Below, in pieces: positions 1-11,631 of a stretch of DNA of 11,631 bases. Each line of letters opens with the position of its first letter. Within the stretch, counting starts at the first letter, position 1. The notes beneath the pieces are model-generated. The model ran no database searches. It was not told the DNA's origin and saw only the letters and a program-made list of their open reading frames with translations. The translations under genes were made by a program, and so were the position numbers. This DNA comes from an uncultured bacterium (GTDB lineage Bacteria > Lernaellota > Lernaellaia > Lernaellales > Lernaellaceae): the NCBI GenBank assembly GCA_964534375.1, contig CAZHPN010000183.1, positions 1-11,631 of the forward strand. Reading direction: 5' to 3'.

Positions 1-2
1 AA

Positions 3-80
3 ATCGCGCCTGGAAAAGCCTGCCCTCGCGAAGGCGGGGGGCGCTCTTACAGAAAAAGGAGATCGCGCCTGGAAAGGCGC
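3..80. repeat. Two direct copies of a REP-like hairpin unit (ATCGCGCCTGGAAA-GGCGC); first copy interrupted by a 23-nt hairpin insert
   Basis: ATCGCGCCTGGAAA occurs at 3-16 and 62-75. Copy 2 forms the hairpin GCGCCT-GGAA-AGGCGC (65-80). Copy 1 resumes with GGCGCTCTTACAG at 40-52 after an insert at 17-39. Its reverse complement begins GTAAGAGCGCC, resembling GTAG-type REPs. Confidence 0.6.
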
Positions 81-85
81 CCCGG

Positions 86-115
86 TTGGCAAGACCCCCG
101 GCAACAGGCTATCTT
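86..115 (+). promoter_or_regulatory. Candidate sigma70-type promoter for the NYN gene
   Basis: TTGGCA (86-91), 18-nt spacer, TATCTT (110-115), 25 nt before the ATG at 141. Consensus resemblance only. Confidence 0.35.
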
Positions 116-140
116 CCGTGCTGTTCAAACAGGCAGGATC

Positions 141-860
141 ATGGCGCGACGAATCTACATCGACGCGAACAACGTCATCCGCGGCAATGTCTCGCTCGAC
201 AAGATCGAGGAGCAGCAGGGGTCCGTCGCTGCCGGACGTCATTTGCTGCGCCTCGTGCGCGAACTTGCGAAACGCGCCGGCGGGCGCGCCGAGTGGATCG
301 TCGTCTTCGACGGACCCAGCGACGACGCGGCGGCGCCCGGCGCCGACTCGGCCGTGCAGGCGATTTTCGCCGAAGGACGCAGCGCCGATGAGATCATCGT
401 CGAAATGGCGAATGACGCCGTAGCGGTCGGTCACGAGGTGGCGATCGTCTCGAACGACGCGGAGGTCCGCGCCGACGGCGCGTCGGCGATGCGCGCGGAA
501 GAGTTCTACGCCGAGTTGATCAGTCGCGAGCCGCATCGCGAGCCCAAGCTGCCGCTCACGGCTTACGAAGAACTGCTGCGCCGCCCGCCCGCGCCGGACC
601 CGGCGGGCGACGCCGACGCCGCCCGCCGGCTGATTGTCCGGTTGGTCGAACTCGGCTTCTTGCCGGCCTCGGCGATCCGCGACCCCGGCCTTGTCGGCGA
701 GCTTGCGCGGGAGCTTTTGCGTTGCGCCATCGACAATCTCCCGCCGCAAAAAATCGGCAAACGCCTCGAACCGTTCTTCCGGCAGCGGCTGAACGTTCGG
801 CCCGACCCGGACCCGCAGAAGAAGCTTCAGCGGGCAATCAAGGACGCGATCGAAAAGTGA
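141..860 (+). CDS. NYN-domain (YacP/Rae1-like, PIN fold) putative ribonuclease with ~110-aa C-terminal extension
   Basis: 239 aa. PIN/NYN acidic motifs appear in the expected order: IYIDANN (cf. xDGYN), IVVFDG, SADEII, AIVSND. SD-like GCAGGA precedes the ATG. Confidence 0.8.
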   Translation: MARRIYIDANNVIRGNVSLDKIEEQQGSVAAGRHLLRLVRELAKRAGGRAEWIVVFDGPSDDAAAPGADSAVQAIFAEGRSADEIIVEMANDAVAVGHEVAIVSNDAEVRADGASAMRAEEFYAELISREPHREPKLPLTAYEELLRRPPAPDPAGDADAARRLIVRLVELGFLPASAIRDPGLVGELARELLRCAIDNLPPQKIGKRLEPFFRQRLNVRPDPDPQKKLQRAIKDAIEK

Positions 861-934
861 CGAGTTACGAGTGACGAATGACGAGTGACGCGCTCAATTC
901 GTAACTCGTAGTTCGTCACTCGTCACTCGTCACT
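856..934. repeat. Inverted heptamer array: 5x GTGACGA-like, 7-nt loop, 5x TCGTCAC-like; probable bidirectional terminator or 3' stabilising hairpin
   Basis: GTGACGA GTTACGA GTGACGA ATGACGA GTGACGC (857-891), GCTCAAT (892-898), TCGTAAC TCGTAGT TCGTCAC TCGTCAC TCGTCAC (899-933). It spans the whole gap between two convergent genes. Confidence 0.9.
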
Positions 935-1787
935 CCCGCCCGACGGCTGGCGGCGCCGCGCCGCCTGTCGGCGCGCCGTCGTCGTTTTCCTTCCAGATGT
1001 AGAGATACCAATAGATCGGCATGACCACGCGGGAGAACAATACGAGCAAAATTACCCACAAGATTCGGGAGTTTTTCGCGAGCCGCGGCGTGCGAAAAGC
1101 GTGACTCGCGATGATTGTCGCCAACACCACGCGCAAAAGAATATTGGCGAGACTCACCCGCTGGGCAAGGTGCATGCCCGGGTCGACGGCGGCCGACAGC
1201 TCGTGCTGCATCCGTTGCGCCTCGCGGTTGAGTTCGACCTGGCTCATCTTCCCCGGGTTCGCCGCCGACGATATGCCCTTCGACACGGCCGTTGAGAATG
1301 CTCGGGCGCCCGTAAATACGGACGAGGCGAAGATCGCGGCGGACAGCAGCAGCGTCGCCAGCGACCCGACCCCGAGCGCCAGCTTCCCGCTTCGCGACAA
1401 CGCCATCGGGCTTGCCCCGACGCCCGGCGCCGACCAGACGTGCACGTACCAGTAGATCGGCAGGGCCGTCGGCGCGCCGAAGACCATCGCGACGACCCAC
1501 GGCCCTTTCTTGTCGGCCGCGACGCGCCCGCCGTTCACTGCATGAATGACGTAACCGACGACGATCGCGGCGCTGAGCGCAAAAACGATCGCCATCATCG
1601 CGCAAAAGGGGAGCACCGGCCCGAACAATCTCGAAATGATCTCAACGGGCGAGGTCGAATCGCTCGGCATTTCGCCTGACGGAAACGACGGCAGCGGATA
1701 AATCGCGTAGAAGCCGAAAATGAATAACGCTATCACGCCCGGGAAAAACGCCGCCAGACCCGCCAAGTACTTGATCACGGCTCTCAT
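930..1787 (-). CDS. Multi-pass membrane protein (285 aa) with two internal PLDc_N-like repeats
   Basis: Start re-assigned to the ATG at 1787 (MRAVIKYL...), which overlaps the upstream TGA as ATGA and has GAAGG upstream. Several hydrophobic helices. Two 37-aa repeats, HA-x4-R-x-A-x6-WV-x11-PIYWY-x3-W, at 1434-1544 and 993-1103. Confidence 0.8.
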   Translation of the reverse strand: MRAVIKYLAGLAAFFPGVIALFIFGFYAIYPLPSFPSGEMPSDSTSPVEIISRLFGPVLPFCAMMAIVFALSAAIVVGYVIHAVNGGRVAADKKGPWVVAMVFGAPTALPIYWYVHVWSAPGVGASPMALSRSGKLALGVGSLATLLLSAAIFASSVFTGARAFSTAVSKGISSAANPGKMSQVELNREAQRMQHELSAAVDPGMHLAQRVSLANILLRVVLATIIASHAFRTPRLAKNSRILWVILLVLFSRVVMPIYWYLYIWKENDDGAPTGGAAPPAVGRE

Positions 1788-1966
1788 TCGTGCGGACCTT
1801 CTTGTTGCCGGTCCGGCGGCGGCGTTTTCGGCGTCGCCGGAACCCGAACGTAGAGATACCAAAAGGCTCGCATGGCGAGGAAGTAGACAGACATTAATAG
1901 CAGCGCCCAAAACAACGCCGGCGCGAATGCCGCGAAACCCGCTCCGATTTTTCGAGACTTGCTCAT
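1784..1966 (-). CDS. Small membrane protein (60 aa, MSKSRKIGAG...QQEGPHE), paralogous to the repeats of the downstream gene
   Basis: ATG at 1966 is preceded by AAAAAGGTG (SD-like) and a candidate promoter. Basic N-terminus, hydrophobic core FWALLLMSVYFLAMRAFWYLYV, Pro-rich tail. Its stop overlaps the next start (ATGA). Confidence 0.65.
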   Translation of the reverse strand: MSKSRKIGAGFAAFAPALFWALLLMSVYFLAMRAFWYLYVRVPATPKTPPPDRQQEGPHE

Positions 1967-1994
1967 GCAACACCTTTTTGTCCGAAACGATATC

Positions 1995-2023
1995 AGCGTA
2001 TCAAGCAAGAGCGACAAGTGCAA
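1995..2023 (-). promoter_or_regulatory. Candidate sigma70 promoter with extended -10 for the membrane-protein pair
   Basis: Minus strand: TTGCAC (2023-2018), 17-nt spacer ending in TGA (TGn), TACGCT (2000-1995), 28 nt before the ATG at 1966. Confidence 0.55.
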
Positions 2024-2060
2024 ACCAGCGGGAGAGCGCCAACGCGGGCGGCAGGCACAA

Positions 2061-2114
2061 GACCCACAGGGTCCATAAGACCTATACGACCTATAGGACC
2101 TATAGGACCTATGG
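2061..2114. repeat. 9-bp tandem repeat, 6 copies (consensus GACCTATAG)
   Basis: GACCCACAG GGTCCATAA GACCTATAC GACCTATAG GACCTATAG GACCTATGG. Adjacent perfect copies create CCTATAGG palindromes. Confidence 0.9.
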
Positions 2115-2205
2115 AAATCCCGTCTGGGCGCGGGCCCACCAACCGGCAGCCCACCGCCCGCCAACCGGCGCGCGCCGGAAACTGCGCATTACACGCGGCG
2201 ACGGC

Positions 2206-4107
2206 TTATTCCGGCCGCTGCGTCGAGATGTCCGGGAGTTGCCCAAGCACGGCGCGATCGCGGCCGGCGTTCTTGGCGTGATAGAGGGCGACGTCGGCCA
2301 CGCGCAGCAGGTCTTCCACCGTGGTGCCGTAAAGCGGATAGGCGGAGACGCCGATCGATAAGGTGATCGAGCCGAGTTCTTGCCCGAGGTGATAGATCTT
2401 GAGCAGCTTGGCCTCTTCGCGCAGGCGGTCGGCGCGGCGCAGCGCGTCCTCGGCCGACGATTCGGGAAAGATGATCGTGAATTCCTCGCCGCCGAAGCGG
2501 CACACGAAATCGGATTCGCGAATACGAGCGCGAAAAAATTTCGCCAACTGCACCAAAACCAAATCGCCGGCAGCATGCCCGTAAATGTCGTTGAATTTCT
2601 TGAAATGGTCGATGTCGATCATGATCACGCCGATTTGCGTCCGTTTCCGCAGGGAGCGCAGGATTTCGCGGTGCAGCGTCTCCTCCAGAAAGCGGCGATT
2701 GAACAGATTGGTCAGCGGATCGCGGATCGATTGGTTGCTCAGCGTCTCGCGCAGCTTGATATTGGCGATCGAGAGGGACAGCACCTCGGTTAGCGAATTC
2801 GCCACTTTGAACACGCGGGCCATGGCATTTTTCGCGTCGGCCTCGGCGTCGCCCGCGCGGCTGCGCAGATGCAGCAGGCCGAGCACGTCGCCCTTGGCGA
2901 TCAAGGGCAGGCACGAATACCACAACGCCGGCGGGTGTTTCACGTGGCGGCAGAGCAGGCCGCCGGCCACATCCTCGATGGTGTAGACGCGCCCGCGGCG
3001 CAGGCCCCAGCAGGATTCGGGCGGAAACAGGTTGTCGTCGATGTCATCCGGAAAGTCGCCCCATTTGGCGACGGTCTCCAGTTCCGTGCGCGACGGGCTC
3101 AACAGAAACAACGCGCCGTCGGTGCGCGGAAACAGCTTCCTCATCGACGACAGAATGACCGGCGGGATCTCCACGGTCGACGAGCAGGCTTGCAGAAACT
3201 CGCGCATTTCGCTCATCACGTCGTTGTAACGGCCTTGCTCCTCCAATTCCCGCACCAAATCGGCCAGTTTTTCGTTGGTCCGCCGGGCCTCTTCCTCGGC
3301 GAATTTGCGTTGCGTGATGTCGCGAACCGATTCGATCGCCCCGGCGATCTCGCCCAGCGAGTCGCGCAACACCGCCGCCGTCGCGTACAAAAACGCCTTG
3401 CCCGCGCCCAACTGCGGCGTGTAGGCCTCGCCCACCAGCACCGCGCCGTGTTTTTCGATCGTCGTGTATTTGGCGAGCACTTCCTCGTGCGGTTGCATCG
3501 CCAGGTCGATCAAAATCGGCCGGCGCACGCCGTAGAACGGCAAGGCGTATTCGTAGTTGCCCTTGCCGAGCATGTCGCGCGCGCGGACGCCGGTCAATTC
3601 CTCCATCGCCCGGTTCCACGCGGTGACGACGCCCGCGCGGTCAATGACCATCGTCGGGTCCGGATAGAATTGGATGATGTCGGCGCATTGCCGCTGCGAC
3701 TCGCGCGCCGCGTCTTCGGCCTCCCGGGTTTCGGTGATGTCCTGCGTAAACACCAGCGTCGCCGGCCTGCCGGCGTCGTCGACGATCGCCGCCTTGTGCA
3801 TCCGCAGCCACCGCCCGGCGCCCACGCCGCCGTCGCGCCGCTGGAACGTGACTGACGCGACGCCCGGCGCCGCCCCGCCGCCGCGGCCGGAAAGATAGGT
3901 CTCGGCGTCGGCGCCGAGCATGGCCGCCGCCGGCTGGCCGACGACGTCGGCCGGCGACCGGCCGATCGAGGCGGCCGCCGCGAGATTGGCGTAGCCGACG
4001 CGGCCGTCTTCGTCAAAACGCCACACGGCCCACGGCGCGGCGTCGAGCGTCGCCAGCAAAAGTTTGTTCGCCTGCTTCTCCGGCATTTCTTCGTCGCCCG
4101 ACGACAT
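2206..4107 (-). CDS. Sensor diguanylate cyclase, PAS-PAS-GAF-GGDEF
   Basis: 633 aa. PAS1 (WRFDEDGRVGYANLAAA...FTQDITE), PAS2 (PDPTMVIDRAGVVTAWNRAMEELTG...ESVRDITQRK), coiled coil, GAF (CWGLRRG...CLPLIAKGDVLGLLHL), and GGDEF domain (DPLTNLFNRR, DIDHFKKFNDIYGHAAGD, RFGGEEF with GGEEF at 2479-2493). The RxxD I-site is RESD at 2509-2520. No TM segments. An alternative start at 4086 is possible. Confidence 0.95.
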   Translation of the reverse strand: MSSGDEEMPEKQANKLLLATLDAAPWAVWRFDEDGRVGYANLAAAASIGRSPADVVGQPAAAMLGADAETYLSGRGGGAAPGVASVTFQRRDGGVGAGRWLRMHKAAIVDDAGRPATLVFTQDITETREAEDAARESQRQCADIIQFYPDPTMVIDRAGVVTAWNRAMEELTGVRARDMLGKGNYEYALPFYGVRRPILIDLAMQPHEEVLAKYTTIEKHGAVLVGEAYTPQLGAGKAFLYATAAVLRDSLGEIAGAIESVRDITQRKFAEEEARRTNEKLADLVRELEEQGRYNDVMSEMREFLQACSSTVEIPPVILSSMRKLFPRTDGALFLLSPSRTELETVAKWGDFPDDIDDNLFPPESCWGLRRGRVYTIEDVAGGLLCRHVKHPPALWYSCLPLIAKGDVLGLLHLRSRAGDAEADAKNAMARVFKVANSLTEVLSLSIANIKLRETLSNQSIRDPLTNLFNRRFLEETLHREILRSLRKRTQIGVIMIDIDHFKKFNDIYGHAAGDLVLVQLAKFFRARIRESDFVCRFGGEEFTIIFPESSAEDALRRADRLREEAKLLKIYHLGQELGSITLSIGVSAYPLYGTTVEDLLRVADVALYHAKNAGRDRAVLGQLPDISTQRPE

Positions 4108-4155
4108 TCTGCGGTCCGCCCCATTTGATGTTGTGAAACCGGCGTTGACCTAGCC

Positions 4156-4184
4156 AATATACGCGACCCCTGAACGGGCTGCAA
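4156..4184 (-). promoter_or_regulatory. Candidate sigma70 promoter of the diguanylate cyclase
   Basis: Minus strand: TTGCAG (4184-4179), 17-nt spacer, TATATT (4161-4156), 48 nt upstream of the ATG at 4107 and downstream of the rpoC terminator. Confidence 0.6.
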
Positions 4185-4193
4185 GCAGAGCAT

Positions 4194-4273
4194 TGCCGAA
4201 TGCCGAACGCCGAATGCCGAATGCGGAATGCGGAAGGGCGACGCCGAATGCCGAATGCCAAGTGCGGAAGGGC
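4194..4273. repeat. 7-bp tandem repeat (TGCCGAA/TGCGGAA), 10 copies with one 6-nt interruption
   Basis: TGCCGAA TGCCGAA CGCCGAA TGCCGAA TGCGGAA TGCGGAA GGGCGA CGCCGAA TGCCGAA TGCCAAG TGCGGAA GGGC. Confidence 0.9.
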
Positions 4274-4285
4274 CAGCGGCCCACG

Positions 4286-4354
4286 CTATTACAGTCTGGG
4301 GCATCGCCCCGGGGCCGCCGCTTCTATTACCGCTCGGGGCGTCGCCCGAGGGCC
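4286..4354. repeat. Pair of 31-nt REP-like direct repeats, each with a GGGC-NTC-GCCC hairpin
   Basis: CTATTACAGTCTGGGGCATCGCCCCGGGGCC (4286-4316) and CTATTACCGCTCGGGGCGTCGCCCGAGGGCC (4324-4354) are 24/31 identical with a 38-nt period. Confidence 0.75.
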
Positions 4355-4382
4355 ACTTTAATGATATTTCCCAGCGCCGCTC

Positions 4383-4414
4383 CCTCCGTGTCCTCTGCGC
4401 CTTCTGCGGTGAAA
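4383..4414. repeat. Degenerate 9-bp repeat triplet (CCTCTGCGY-like) ending in GGTGAAA
   Basis: CCTCCGTGT CCTCTGCGC CTTCTGCGG TGAAA. Minus strand reads TTTCACCGCAGAAGGCGCAGAGGACACGGAGG. Confidence 0.55.
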
Positions 4415-4431
4415 ACAAGAAAACGATGCAC

Positions 4432-4465
4432 ATAAAAACGCCGCGGTCGTGACAACCGCGGCGTT
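4432..4465 (-). terminator. Rho-independent terminator of the rpoBC operon
   Basis: Perfect 11-bp inverted repeat AACGCCGCGGT (4437-4447) / ACCGCGGCGTT (4455-4465) with a 7-nt loop, running into TTTTTAT on the minus strand. It begins 27 nt after the rpoC stop. Confidence 0.85.
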
Positions 4466-4492
4466 GGTTCGTGCCGAAAATTCGGCGAAAGG

Positions 4493-8794
<4,302 letters not shown>

Positions 8795-8802
8795 AGCCTT
8801 TT

Positions 8803-8807
8803 CCTCC
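8803..8807 (-). promoter_or_regulatory. Shine-Dalgarno site of rpoC
   Basis: Minus-strand GGAGG, 8 nt before the TTG at 8794. Confidence 0.85.
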
Positions 8808-8839
8808 CTCGCAACGTGCGAGCGGCCGAAGGCCGGTTT

Positions 8840-11631
<2,792 letters not shown>

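Noticed and set aside
1788..1973. N-terminal 62 aa of the 347-aa ORF call (930..1973)
   Set aside because: This stretch is better explained by the 60-aa ORF in another frame with its own SD, and the ATGA overlap supports a start at 1787.
1720..2361. ORFs translating the 9-mer array (1720..2361 +, 2018..2281 +, and the 5' part of 1784..2164 -)
   Set aside because: Their YRT/IGP/SYR repeats are just translations of the DNA repeat, and they overlap better-supported genes or a promoter.
4145..4157. Imperfect palindrome TTGACCTAGCCAA at the predicted DGC start site as an operator
   Set aside because: It is short, imperfect and single-copy, so it cannot be distinguished from chance.
856..4414. 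CRISPR array interpretation of the repeats
   Set aside because: Units are 7-9 nt and contiguous, or only two 31-nt copies 7 nt apart. There are no unique ~30-nt spacers and no cas genes.
4108..4430. c-di-GMP riboswitch or tRNA upstream of the DGC
   Set aside because: No recognisable GEMM-type or cloverleaf consensus by eye. An Rfam/Infernal scan would be needed to exclude it formally.
3594..4452. ORFs across the rpoC-DGC gap (3594..4433, 4013..4261, 4193..4435, 4228..4452)
   Set aside because: The IRHSAF/MPNAE periodic peptides derive from the heptamer array and show no recognisable domain.

Overview
GC-rich bacterial window. The right ~60% is the 3' part of the rpoBC operon on the minus strand: a 5'-truncated rpoB and a complete rpoC carrying Proteobacteria/Deltaproteobacteria-type insertions, followed by an intrinsic terminator. 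rpoC is not followed by rpsL. Downstream lies an accessory block: a PAS-PAS-GAF-GGDEF diguanylate cyclase, then a translationally coupled pair (a 60-aa membrane peptide and a 285-aa membrane protein) sharing three copies of a PLDc_N-like W-x15-WY motif, and a convergent NYN/YacP(Rae1)-like PIN nuclease gene. The most unusual structure is non-coding: every accessory intergenic gap holds a different short-repeat family. These are a REP-like hairpin with a nested hairpin insert, a symmetric 5+5 heptamer palindrome containing both convergent stop codons, a 9-mer array, and a mosaic of a 7-mer array, REP-like doublet and 9-mer triplet after rpoC. No CRISPR array, tRNA, rRNA or transposase was seen. 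All family assignments are from motif recognition by eye, not database searches.
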